Shown: positions 1 to 8,159, numbered from the stretch's first letter. The stretch: DNA of 32,000 bases from Candidatus Kuenenia stuttgartensis (GCF_900232105.1 NZ_LT934425.1:2460001-2492000), one strand, 5' to 3'. Numbers and translations are program-made. Notes: generated from the letters alone by a model not told the origin.

Positions 1-2
1 AA

Positions 3-149
3 AATGACAATGCTGAAGAACTTGCAGAAATCATTGAAACCAACCTTGCTAAAAGAGACAAATCTGAGATGGCTTTTCGTGAGATGTTTGAGGGGATCGA
101 AAGGTCATTTATGGAAAAGACTATAAAATTGGTAAAAGGAAGCCTTTGA
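3..149 (+). CDS. 3' end of upstream gene, probably F-type ATPase epsilon subunit (partial, runs off window start)
   Basis: Frame 3 is open from the window edge to TGA 147-149 (...AEELAEIIETNLAKRDKSEMAFREMFEGIERSFMEKTIKLVKGSL*). It is helical and charged like an epsilon C-terminal hairpin. The stop overlaps the next start (TGATG). The position fits N-ATPase order atpD-C-Q-(R)-B-E-F-A-G. Only 48 aa are visible. Confidence 0.3.
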   Translation, partial: NDNAEELAEIIETNLAKRDKSEMAFREMFEGIERSFMEKTIKLVKGSL

Positions 150-427
150 TGGAAGATAAAAAATTTTCAATGGATATAGAGAGATCTGCGAAAGAACTAC
201 TGAGTGCCCGAAAGGAGAAATCAAACTTCTGGCGCTATGCCAATGTTCTTGGCGTTGGTGGATGGACTTTCGTTATCCCGGTAGTTGGAGGGGCTTATCT
301 GGGAAGGTATCTGGACAAAAAAATACACGGGGAAGGCATTTCGTGGACAATAACACTTCTTATGATTGGCATAGCCGTTGGTGTTTATAATGTCTGGTAT
401 TTGTTCGTTAGGAAACATCGGCAATGA
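149..427 (+). CDS. small two-TM ATPase accessory membrane protein (AtpZ/AtpQ 'ATPase gene 1'-like)
   Basis: ORF track 146..427; the ATG at 149 overlaps the upstream TGA. Two hydrophobic helices: GGWTFVIPVVGGAYLGRYLDKK and WTITLLMIGIAVGVYNVWYLF. This matches the G..LG..LD pattern I associate with the small protein encoded ahead of Fo genes. Its stop overlaps the atpB start (ATGA 424-427). Confidence 0.6.
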   Translation: MEDKKFSMDIERSAKELLSARKEKSNFWRYANVLGVGGWTFVIPVVGGAYLGRYLDKKIHGEGISWTITLLMIGIAVGVYNVWYLFVRKHRQ

Positions 428-1089
428 AGGTATTTAATGTTTTTCCGGAAACAATTTTTTCAATTGGTCGTGTTCAGGTTACAGACACAGTTACTACCAC
501 ATGGTTTGTCATGGCGGCTATAATAACAATCTGCTATCTTTCTACAAGGAAACTCTCCATAAAGCCATCCTTTTTCCAGGAGGTGTTAGAGGCTATCTTT
601 GAGTTCATGGAAAAAACGATAAAAGATGTCCTGCCATTGAATCCGTGGCTGGTTGTTCCTATATTGGGTACCATTTGGATACTTATTGGTTTCTCCAATA
701 TGGCCGGTCTGATACCAGGATTGAAGACGCCTACCGCAGACCTCAATACAACCCTTGCGTTTGCGTTAATATCTTTTTCCATGACTCACGTTATTGGTAT
801 TGCAACACAAGGGTTTAAAGGATATCTTTTACACTATAAAGAACCAACATGGATATTGCTCCCGTTCCACCTTATAGCAGAGGTTACAAGAACGGTTGCG
901 CTTGCCGTAAGGCTTTTTGGGAATATGTTAAGCGGCGATATGATTGCCATAATACTTCTCGGTATCGTTGGGTTGCTGGTACCGATTCCGTTTAGCCTGC
1001 TCCACATAATTATTGGTATTATACAGGCATATATATTTGGTGTTTTAACGCTTGTATTTATAGCCGGTGGCATTAAAACAAAATCTTAA
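424..1089 (+). CDS. atpB: ATPase Fo subunit a
   Basis: 221-aa polytopic protein. It carries the essential Arg motif VALAVRLFGNMLSGDMI (compare E. coli a-subunit LRLFGNM). Genes for subunits c and b follow directly. Confidence 0.9.
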   Translation: MKVFNVFPETIFSIGRVQVTDTVTTTWFVMAAIITICYLSTRKLSIKPSFFQEVLEAIFEFMEKTIKDVLPLNPWLVVPILGTIWILIGFSNMAGLIPGLKTPTADLNTTLAFALISFSMTHVIGIATQGFKGYLLHYKEPTWILLPFHLIAEVTRTVALAVRLFGNMLSGDMIAIILLGIVGLLVPIPFSLLHIIIGIIQAYIFGVLTLVFIAGGIKTKS

Positions 1090-1101
1090 TAGGAGGCTTA
1101 T

Positions 1102-1368
1102 ATGGACGCCAAAACCGTAGTTATTTCTGTTTCGATACTGGCAGCGGCCTTTGTAATGGCTATCGGTGGTTACGGGCCGGCAAAAGCGCTTGGAAATGCC
1201 CTTACCGAGGCCCTTGACGCCACAGCAAGACAGCCTGAGGCGTCCGACAAAATTATGAGGGTGCTTTTTGTCGGAATGGCGCTGATTGAATCCATTGCCA
1301 TATACGCATTTGTTATCGCTTTGATTGTCCTTTTTGCAAATCCTCTTATCGGGTATATTTTAAAATGA
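1102..1368 (+). CDS. atpE: ATPase Fo subunit c
   Basis: 88-aa helical hairpin with the polar loop ARQPEA and the helix-2 carboxylate in MALIESIAIYAFVIALIVLFANP. An AGGAGG-like RBS (taggaggc) lies upstream. Confidence 0.9.
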   Translation: MDAKTVVISVSILAAAFVMAIGGYGPAKALGNALTEALDATARQPEASDKIMRVLFVGMALIESIAIYAFVIALIVLFANPLIGYILK

Positions 1369-2105
1369 AATTCAATATCTGGACACTTTTATTTCAGATA
1401 ATAAACTTTGTTGTTTTGCTCTATATCCTTAGAAGGATACTGTACAAGCCCATACGTGAAATTATTGAAAAACGAAGAGGGCTTATAGCAAAAACGGTAG
1501 AGGATGCCGAAAAGACAAAGAAAGAGGCGCTGGAACTTAAGGAAAAAAACCAGAAAGAATTGAACAAGGTAAAGGAACTTCAAAGCCAAATGCTCGAACA
1601 GACGAGGGAAGAAGCCCTTAAAGACAGGAGTAAGTTACTCGATGAGGCAAATAAAGAGGCTGCCAAGATAAACGAAAAAGAAAAGGCTTTGATTGATGCA
1701 GAAAAAATAAGGATAGAATTAGAACTGAAAAATAAGACCCTTGAGATGGTCTCTGTTTTCGCTTCAAATCTTTTAAAAGACATTTCAGACGAAGAGCTTC
1801 ATAGGTCTATATTTAGAAAGCTCTTGAAGGAGAACGGGAAAATTGTTTCTGATATTTCCAAAATAAAAGGAAAAGAGGAGATATTAAATATAGAACTCTT
1901 TACCGCATACCCATTACCTCTGGATGATGTAAAAACATTTAAAGAAACACTTGAATCACAGCTTGCAAAAAAAGTAAAAATGAATACGACCATTGATGAG
2001 ACTCTTATCGCAGGAGTAAGGATAAAGGTCTACGATATGATTTACGATTCCTCACTGGCAGGCCAGGTAAATGCACTTGCTTCACAGCTCAGAGAAACCA
2101 GGTAA
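1365..2105 (+). CDS. atpF: ATPase Fo subunit b with delta/OSCP-like C-terminal segment
   Basis: 246 aa. The N-terminal TM helix is WTLLFQIINFVVLLYIL, followed by a long K/E-rich coiled coil. The C-terminus LIAGVRIKVYDMIYDSSLAGQVNALASQL resembles the conserved C-terminal motif of subunit delta. ATGA overlap with atpE. No separate delta gene precedes atpA. Confidence 0.75.
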   Translation: MKFNIWTLLFQIINFVVLLYILRRILYKPIREIIEKRRGLIAKTVEDAEKTKKEALELKEKNQKELNKVKELQSQMLEQTREEALKDRSKLLDEANKEAAKINEKEKALIDAEKIRIELELKNKTLEMVSVFASNLLKDISDEELHRSIFRKLLKENGKIVSDISKIKGKEEILNIELFTAYPLPLDDVKTFKETLESQLAKKVKMNTTIDETLIAGVRIKVYDMIYDSSLAGQVNALASQLRETR

Positions 2106-3602
2106 ATGGAAAAAGAACTAACGGCTTTTTTTGAAAAAATAAGAGAAAAAGCCAAAACCAGCAGATTCTCTATTGGGTTCACTGAAGAGGGAAAGGTACT
2201 ATCTGTAGGGGATGGTATTGTACATATTGCCGGTTTGAGAGATGCAAAACTCTACGAACTTATACTGTTTGAAAGTGGCGATGAGGGGATATCATTTGAT
2301 CTCGGTGTTGATAGTATAGCAGTAGTGTTGCTTACCGGGCGCAATGGGATACGGGCCGGTGATACGGCGTACAAAACTGATAGGATTGCCTCGGTAAATG
2401 CAACTGAAGGGCTTCTGGGAAGGGTGCTGGGCGCCCTTGGAAATCCCATTGATAATGGGCCGGAATTGAAAGAATGTCTGTCCTGTCCGGTAGAACGGGA
2501 TGCCCCTTCTTTGCTGCAAAGAGACTTTATTACCGAACCTCTTTATACGGGTATTAAAGTTATTGACTCTATGCTTGCCATAGGTAAGGGACAACGAGAA
2601 TTGATTATCGGAGATCCCTCAACAGGGAAGTCATCCATTGCTATTGATACCGTCATCAATCAAAAAAACTCCCGTGTAATTTCTATTTATGTAGTCATTG
2701 GACAGAAAAAGTCTCACGTATTAAAAATCATTGAAGAAATAAAAAAATACGGTGATTTCTCGAGGACTATATTCGTAATTGCCGATGCTTCAAACTCTCT
2801 GGGTCTCCAATTTATTGCACCTTACAGCGCCACCGCCATAGCCGAGTATTTCCTCTACAAGGGTAAAGACGTCTTAATCGTTTACGACGATCTTACGAAA
2901 CATGCCGATGCGTATCGCTCGTTAAGCCTTTTATTAAAGAGACCTCCTGGTAGAGAGGCATATCCTGGAGATATATTTTTTATACACTCAAGACTCCTCG
3001 AAAGGTCTGCAAAACTGAATCAAAAGAACGGTGGAGGTTCCATCACCGCCCTTCCAATAGTGGAAACCCAGCAAGGCAGGATATCGTCATATATCCCCAC
3101 AAATCTTATCTCGATAACAGACGGGCAGATATATTTAGATACATTACTGTTTAACAAAGGTATTCGACCGGCGGTGGACGTCGGCAAATCGGTATCAAGA
3201 ATAGGGGGGAAGGCCCAGGTAGAAGCGATGAAAGCCGTAGCCGACAGGCTGAAAATAGACTATTCAAGATTCATTGAGGTGGAGGTATTTACGAAATTCG
3301 GGGCGCATTTAGAGGAAGAAACCGCAAAACTCATCAGACGCGGAGAACGGTTAAGGGAAATCCTTAAACAGCCGCAGTTCCATCCATTCACCCTTGAACA
3401 TGAAGTATTAAGCTTCATCATTATAGAATCTGGAATACTTGATAATGTAACAATTCCATCGGTAAGAAAAGTGTGTGATGAAATAATTAAAAAGATTACG
3501 CCTGCATTCCCGGAAATTATAAATCGTATTATTCAGGATGGATTGCTCGGGAAAACAGACTTAGGAACATTAAAAGATTTTATCGCAAAGGAAAAGGTAT
3601 AA
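2106..3602 (+). CDS. atpA: ATPase F1 subunit alpha
   Basis: 498 aa. Walker A is GDPSTGKSSIA, Walker B region is DVLIVYDDLTKHA, and PPGREAYPGDIFFIHSRLLERSA is typical of alpha/beta. The start directly abuts the atpF stop. Confidence 0.9.
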   Translation: MEKELTAFFEKIREKAKTSRFSIGFTEEGKVLSVGDGIVHIAGLRDAKLYELILFESGDEGISFDLGVDSIAVVLLTGRNGIRAGDTAYKTDRIASVNATEGLLGRVLGALGNPIDNGPELKECLSCPVERDAPSLLQRDFITEPLYTGIKVIDSMLAIGKGQRELIIGDPSTGKSSIAIDTVINQKNSRVISIYVVIGQKKSHVLKIIEEIKKYGDFSRTIFVIADASNSLGLQFIAPYSATAIAEYFLYKGKDVLIVYDDLTKHADAYRSLSLLLKRPPGREAYPGDIFFIHSRLLERSAKLNQKNGGGSITALPIVETQQGRISSYIPTNLISITDGQIYLDTLLFNKGIRPAVDVGKSVSRIGGKAQVEAMKAVADRLKIDYSRFIEVEVFTKFGAHLEEETAKLIRRGERLREILKQPQFHPFTLEHEVLSFIIIESGILDNVTIPSVRKVCDEIIKKITPAFPEIINRIIQDGLLGKTDLGTLKDFIAKEKV

Positions 3603-3604
3603 AT

Positions 3605-4444
3605 ATGCTTTCTTCCTTAGATATCGAAAAAAAGATACGGGCATCATATATCATTGGAGACATAGTCGGTGTTATGAAAGCATATGCCGGAGTCACAATG
3701 AGGAGAACAGAGGATCTTGTTCAGAATATAAGGGCATATGAAAAAAATATGCTTTTGGCAATGGCCGATATCATAACGCATTATCCTGGAATTTCATTGA
3801 AGGAACAAAGTAAAGGGAAAAAAATTCTCGTGGTCTTCGGTTCCTCGCAGGGGTTATGTGGTTCCTTTAATGAAAAAATGGTTGATGTCGTTTCTTCTGT
3901 AATTACCGGCAATGATATCCTGTTTGTTATAGGGAAGAGATTAAAATCGTCTTTTGAATTAAAACATGTACCTTATGAAGATTACAGCGATTCCGTAGCG
4001 AGCATTAACGGTATACGGCCAGCTTTAAAAGAGACTGTTTCGAAAATAATGAATATTTACAAAAAGGAGGAATACTATAAGCTTACCTTTGTCTTTACCT
4101 ATATTTTTGAAAAAAAGGCTGAAATTTCTGTGGAACAAATCCTCCCTCCTGATATTAATAAAGTAAACGCTTTAAGCCCAACCAGAATTCCACCGTTTAC
4201 CTACCTTAAACCAAAGATTATTTTTAATAAAATCTTAGAAGAATTTTTATTTATCAGTCTTTACCGATGTTATATGGAGTCGCTCAGAAGCGAGAACTGG
4301 TATCGGCTGAGAAGCATGGACGGCGCATCAGAAACTTTAAAAAGACAGCTCTCGAACCTTAATTCTGTTCAGATGTACACCAGACAGGAAGAAATTACGG
4401 AAGAGATGCTTGAGATACTGGGAAGCGGGATGTTCTATAAGTGA
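3605..4444 (+). CDS. atpG: ATPase F1 subunit gamma
   Basis: 279 aa. The N-terminal helix (IEKKIRASYIIGDIVGVMKAYAGVTMRR) and C-terminal helix (QEEITEEMLEILGSG) fit the gamma coiled-coil ends. It is the last gene of the operon, 2 nt after atpA. Confidence 0.8.
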   Translation: MLSSLDIEKKIRASYIIGDIVGVMKAYAGVTMRRTEDLVQNIRAYEKNMLLAMADIITHYPGISLKEQSKGKKILVVFGSSQGLCGSFNEKMVDVVSSVITGNDILFVIGKRLKSSFELKHVPYEDYSDSVASINGIRPALKETVSKIMNIYKKEEYYKLTFVFTYIFEKKAEISVEQILPPDINKVNALSPTRIPPFTYLKPKIIFNKILEEFLFISLYRCYMESLRSENWYRLRSMDGASETLKRQLSNLNSVQMYTRQEEITEEMLEILGSGMFYK

Positions 4445-4512
4445 TACGAAGAGAGTCTGTTGTAAAAACCATTTTATTTTTTGAAATAAATATTTATTCT
4501 GCTTTCTATCTG

Positions 4513-4665
4513 GTACATCGTTTCGTTAAAATGCGTACGTAAAAAAATGTCATTGCGATGAGTGGAGCGACTAAGCAATCTCTTGTTCCAAAAGGACTTA
4601 AGATTGCTTAGCTGTTGCTCACAATGACGGTATCAATGTAGATTTTTAATGAAACGCTATACTAG
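4513..4665. repeat. 153-nt hairpin repeat, copy 1 (partner at 20157-20309)
   Basis: Near-identical to 20157-20309. It contains a long inverted repeat at 4550-4627: TCATTGCGA..GCGACTAAGCAATCT / AGATTGCTTAGC..CACAATGA. Confidence 0.85.
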
Positions 4666-4678
4666 CCAAGGAGGAACT

Positions 4679-5470
4679 ATGAACCACCCTGATAGACCAA
4701 TTGCTGCTGAACCCGCTTATCATAATCAAATATTTCTAGACAGCGACGACGGAAGGCCTCTTCGCATCCTGGCCGAGTACCTTGAACCTCTTTACCGGCT
4801 TCGGCGGGAAGGGATTCAGGACACAATTGTTTTTTTCGGATCTGCAAGAATGAAGGAAGACGGGGCGCTCGGACAGTACTACAAAGATGCTCGCCTGTTG
4901 GCGCAGCTTCTGACCGAATGGTCATGCGGCCTTTCCGGTTCAAGGCGATTTGTGATCTGTACCGGTGGAGGCGGCGGCATTATGGAAGCGGCAAATCGAG
5001 GCGCTGTGGATGCAGGTGGTAGCACTATCGGACTCAACATAGGTCTGCCTCACGAACAGCGCCCTAACCCTTACGTCACCCCATCGCTCTTATTTGAGTT
5101 TCACTACTTTTTCATGCGCAAACTATGGTTTACGCATTTGGCACGGGCACTCATTGTGTTTCCTGGGGGATTCGGGACGCTGGATGAGTTTATGGAGATG
5201 CTAACACTGGCTCAGACGCAAAAGCTTGACCGGGACATTCTCATTTTTCTCTACGGCTCGGAGTATTGGAAAGAAGTGATCAATTTCGATTCGCTCGTGA
5301 AGCATGGGATGATCGACAGGAAAGACTTAAATCTTATTCATCACGTAGACGATGTTCAAACAGCATTTGAACTGCTCAAAAATCGCCTGCCGAAAGAAAA
5401 AGAAGCGGTTTGCCCCGCGATCGCTAAGGCGAAGTTTTCAAAATGTCGAATTAAGGAGGATGCACGATGA
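4679..5470 (+). CDS. LOG-family (TIGR00730-type) nucleotide-binding protein / putative nucleotide 5'-monophosphate nucleosidase
   Basis: Motifs GGGGGIMEAANRGA and PGGFGTLDEFMEMLTLAQT (PGGxGTxxE). I prefer the ATG at 4679, which follows AAGGAGG. The track start at 4649 lies inside the repeat, and the same bases recur at 20292 with no gene behind them. Confidence 0.8.
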   Translation: MNHPDRPIAAEPAYHNQIFLDSDDGRPLRILAEYLEPLYRLRREGIQDTIVFFGSARMKEDGALGQYYKDARLLAQLLTEWSCGLSGSRRFVICTGGGGGIMEAANRGAVDAGGSTIGLNIGLPHEQRPNPYVTPSLLFEFHYFFMRKLWFTHLARALIVFPGGFGTLDEFMEMLTLAQTQKLDRDILIFLYGSEYWKEVINFDSLVKHGMIDRKDLNLIHHVDDVQTAFELLKNRLPKEKEAVCPAIAKAKFSKCRIKEDAR

Positions 5471-6873
5471 TAGAACTGGAATTTATAGGCGCAGCGAAGA
5501 CCGTCACCGGATCTAAACATTTGATCCGCACATCACGCGCATCTGTATTGCTGGACTGCGGTTTGTTCCAAGGCCATCGCAAGGAGGCCGACGAGAAAAA
5601 CCGAAATTTCTCTATAGATGGTAAACAGCTCGATGCCATCGTATTATCCCATGCCCATATCGACCATTCGGGCGCTCTGCCATGCATTTTCAAAAATGGC
5701 TATCGAGGCCCTATCTACGCTACTCCAGCCACTCGGGATCTTTGCTCGCCCATGTTGATGGATACAGCATGGATCATGAAGGGTGATGCCGAACACATTC
5801 AAAAACTCATATCACGCGGCGCTAAGCATCTCGATCCCGTCGAACCTCTTTATGGCGAAAGAGATGTGGCCGGCACGCTGTCGCAGTTTATAGGAATTCC
5901 CTACCATAGAAAACAGACCATTGCCCCAGGCATTTCATTGTCATTTTTCGATGCAGGCCATGTATTGGGAAGCGCTATATCCGTTATCGATGTCGAAGAC
6001 GATGGTCAAAAAGTGCGTCTCGCTTTTACGGGTGACTTAGGCCGCAAGCATCTTCCCATTTTGCGGGACCCGGAAATTCCAGATGGGATTTCATGTCTCC
6101 TGACGGAAAGCACCTATGGAGACCGACTTCACGCTCCTATTGAATTGACGATTGAGGCACTGGCTGAAGTGATTAATCGCACCGGTAAAAAGGGCGGGAA
6201 AATTGTCATTCCATCCTTTGCTCTGGAACGTGCCCAGGAGATCATCTATGCACTCAAGAAACTCCATGACCAAAAGCGGATTCCTTCAATTCCGGTATAC
6301 ATTGATTCTCCTCTCACCGTGAAACTGACGGACGTCTTCAAACTGCACCCGGAGTGTTACGACACGGAGGCCTTCGCTCTACTTCATAGTGAGAATTCGC
6401 CCTTTGAATTTCCAGGTCTAAAGTATATTTCAAGTGTCGAAGACTCAAAGAAAATCTCTTCGTCTACCGAGCCCTCCATTGTAATTTCAGCAAGCGGTAT
6501 GTGCGAAGGTGGCAGAATCCTGCATCATCTTGCTGCCACGATCGGGGACGCCAGGAACACCGTTATTATCGTTGGATATCAGGCAGAACACACCTTAGGG
6601 AGAAGATTGGTGGAAAAGCGGCCTGAAGTTAAAATTTATGGAGTCATGCGCCGCCTCGAAGCCGAAGTGGTTGTTCTGAACGGTTTTTCCGGCCACGCAG
6701 ATCAGAATGGATTGCTTCGCTTCGCTGATGCCCTCCGAAGTAAAGGGCATCTGGAGAAGGTCATTCTTGTGCATGGAGAACCAAAATCTCAGGAGACTTT
6801 GAAAACGAAACTTAGTGACCATGGTTTCCAATCCGTTGATATCCCAGGGCCTGGAGACGTAATAAAACTATGA
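5467..6873 (+). CDS. metallo-beta-lactamase fold, beta-CASP family hydrolase (RNA-processing type)
   Basis: 468 aa with HAHIDHSG, FDAGHVLGSA, FTGDLG, TESTYG, SGHAD and VHGE motifs in the order of MBL/beta-CASP enzymes. ATGA overlap with the LOG gene. Confidence 0.85.
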   Translation: MIELEFIGAAKTVTGSKHLIRTSRASVLLDCGLFQGHRKEADEKNRNFSIDGKQLDAIVLSHAHIDHSGALPCIFKNGYRGPIYATPATRDLCSPMLMDTAWIMKGDAEHIQKLISRGAKHLDPVEPLYGERDVAGTLSQFIGIPYHRKQTIAPGISLSFFDAGHVLGSAISVIDVEDDGQKVRLAFTGDLGRKHLPILRDPEIPDGISCLLTESTYGDRLHAPIELTIEALAEVINRTGKKGGKIVIPSFALERAQEIIYALKKLHDQKRIPSIPVYIDSPLTVKLTDVFKLHPECYDTEAFALLHSENSPFEFPGLKYISSVEDSKKISSSTEPSIVISASGMCEGGRILHHLAATIGDARNTVIIVGYQAEHTLGRRLVEKRPEVKIYGVMRRLEAEVVVLNGFSGHADQNGLLRFADALRSKGHLEKVILVHGEPKSQETLKTKLSDHGFQSVDIPGPGDVIKL

Positions 6874-6935
6874 TTATTGATTCGCAGATGCCCACTGAAG
6901 ATACAAAGCACTTTAAAGTAGAAGAACAATGCATT

Positions 6936-6992
6936 ATGAAGTCGGAAGAAAAATATCTCCTCGCTGTGAATGGTGGCTCTTCCAGCATCAAG
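6936..6992 (+). pseudogene. 5' remnant of an acetate/propionate kinase gene, cut off by a repeat block
   Basis: MKSEEKYLLAVNGGSSSIK matches the N-terminal phosphate-1 motif (N-x-GSSS-x-K) of acetate kinases. Homology stops where duplicated block 6989-7777 begins. The frame ends 8 codons later. Confidence 0.35.
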
Positions 6993-7199
6993 TTATTCAT
7001 AAGTACCGCAATATAATAAGTTACACATATAATATCCATGTAACAGAGAGGGACGGAGTCCAGGCACTGTTTTTCTTTTTACCAAAACGAGTGATATTGA
7101 CATAGCTTACGGCGACAAGGAGTGTAAGGGACATTATCTTATAGAAGAAGAGATTCGGAAGCTTCCGATCATCGTATCGGCGTGAAGAATATTGTCTTT

Positions 7200-7349
7200 G
7201 ATGTAGAGAGTAAGATGTCATCCTGATTTTTAATAAATATTGCATGCTTGTCCGCTTGTCAGCCTGTTTTGACCTTTGACCGCTCACTGCCAACTGTCTA
7301 TTATCTAATCAACCATTTAACGTCTTAACGACTCAACCGTTCTAATGCA
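7200..7349 (+). repeat. R element copy 1 (about 150 nt, precedes heptamer array)
   Basis: GATGTAGAGAGTAAGATGTCATCCTGATTTTTAATAAAT...CAACCGTTCTAATGCA is shared with 16985-17134 and 17988-18146. Confidence 0.8.
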
Positions 7350-7370
7350 GACCTCTGACCTCTGACCTTT
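7350..7370 (+). repeat. heptamer array, 3 units (GACCTCT type)
   Basis: gacctct gacctct gaccttt, directly after R element copy 1. Confidence 0.7.
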
Positions 7371-7413
7371 GCCAGTTTTCCGCCTTACTTTTTATAAATG
7401 GGGAATGTGCTAT

Positions 7414-7678
7414 ATGCCTATTAAATATGATATAGAAATACCAGAAAGAGTGATAAAAGCGCTTGGTTTGCGTGAAAGTGAAGTAAGTGAAACGCTAAAA
7501 AAAGAACTTTCAGTTTATTTTTTTTGAAAAAAAACTTTTAAGTTTTGGTCAGGCAAGACAATTTTCAGGGTTATCAGTATGGGACTTTCTGGAATTTTTA
7601 AGAGAAAGGAAAATCCCTTTGCATTATGATTTGGCTGAGTATGAGGAAGATTTAGAAACAATCAGGGAATTATCATAA
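7414..7678 (+). pseudogene. UPF0175-family antitoxin, frameshifted copy
   Basis: Same sequence as 17248-17511, but the T-run before GAAAAAAAA has 8 T here versus 7 in the intact copy. This gives ...LSVYFF* and a shifted frame. Confidence 0.8.
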
Positions 7679-7777
7679 TGCCTGTTGTTATCTCCAAAGG
7701 CTGTGTATAAGGAAGTTGTTGTAGAAGGAAGAGGAAAACAGGGAGCAAATGTAATAGCGGAGGCATGTAAAGAATGG
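7678..7777 (+). pseudogene. DUF3368/PIN-like toxin, remnant with internal deletion and 3' truncation
   Basis: Starts ATGCCTGTTGTTAT like 17511. It lacks about 80 nt present in the intact copy (17531-17610 region), and homology ends at 7777. Confidence 0.75.
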
Positions 7778-7951
7778 TACACTTTACCCTTATAAAGAAA
7801 TAGAAGAACTTTCATAGGGCAAGATGCATCAACATACTATGAAACATTTATTTTCTAAACAAAAGGGTCGTTCCTGAATATTATTCATAAGATTCGACAA
7901 AAGGTTGTAAAGCAAGAATACGAGTTTACTATCCCCCATTTTTTTGAGGAA

Positions 7952-8149
7952 ATGGGGAATGACAACCTTATCTTTGCAGATATCGAAATGGCAATTGCTA
8001 ATGGTAAAATAAGACGTAAATTTACTAGAGACCCAAGAGGCACACGTTATGAAATTGTCTGTCCTGCAAAGGATGGGAGAGAAATAGCAGTTATCTGCAG
8101 GATTAAAAGCACAGGAAAGTTGTTATTGATTACAACGTACGCACTTTAG
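7952..8149 (+). CDS. DUF4258-like toxin (start uncertain)
   Basis: C-terminus RKFTRDPRGTRYEIVCPAKDGREIAVICRIKSTGKLLLITTYAL fits the DUF4258 pattern. The frame stays open upstream to 7859 (IRQKVVKQEYEFTIPHFFEE) with no ATG. So the gene either uses a non-ATG start or is 5'-damaged. Confidence 0.55.
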   Translation: MGNDNLIFADIEMAIANGKIRRKFTRDPRGTRYEIVCPAKDGREIAVICRIKSTGKLLLITTYAL

Positions 8150-8159
8150 AGGTGATAAC

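Larger units (their letters stand above)
6989..7777 (+). repeat. segmental duplication, decayed copy (partner 16775-17690)
   Basis: Colinear with 16775-17690 at roughly 90% identity by eye. Contents are a noncoding leader, R element, heptamers, a UPF0175 gene and the 5' part of a DUF3368 gene. Confidence 0.85.

Noticed and set aside
221-4444. Minus-strand ORFs inside the ATPase genes (221..424, 534..782, 834..1073, 1389..1993 group, 2252..2594)
   Set aside because: They lie antisense to strongly supported genes, have no RBS or motifs, and show compositions typical of shadow frames.
7130-7190. 12-bp perfect palindrome CGGAAGCTTCCG, conserved in both duplicated leaders (also near 16950), as an operator site
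   Set aside because: It is conserved only because the whole block is duplicated. No adjacent regulator gene and no promoter elements could be tied to it.
7021-7293. 90/99-aa minus-strand ORFs conserved in both duplicated blocks (7021..7293 and 16779..17078)
   Set aside because: Differences between the two copies are mostly non-conservative amino-acid changes, and the C-termini diverge completely. The ORFs run through the R element and other repeats. They look like open frames in noncoding repeat DNA, not genes.
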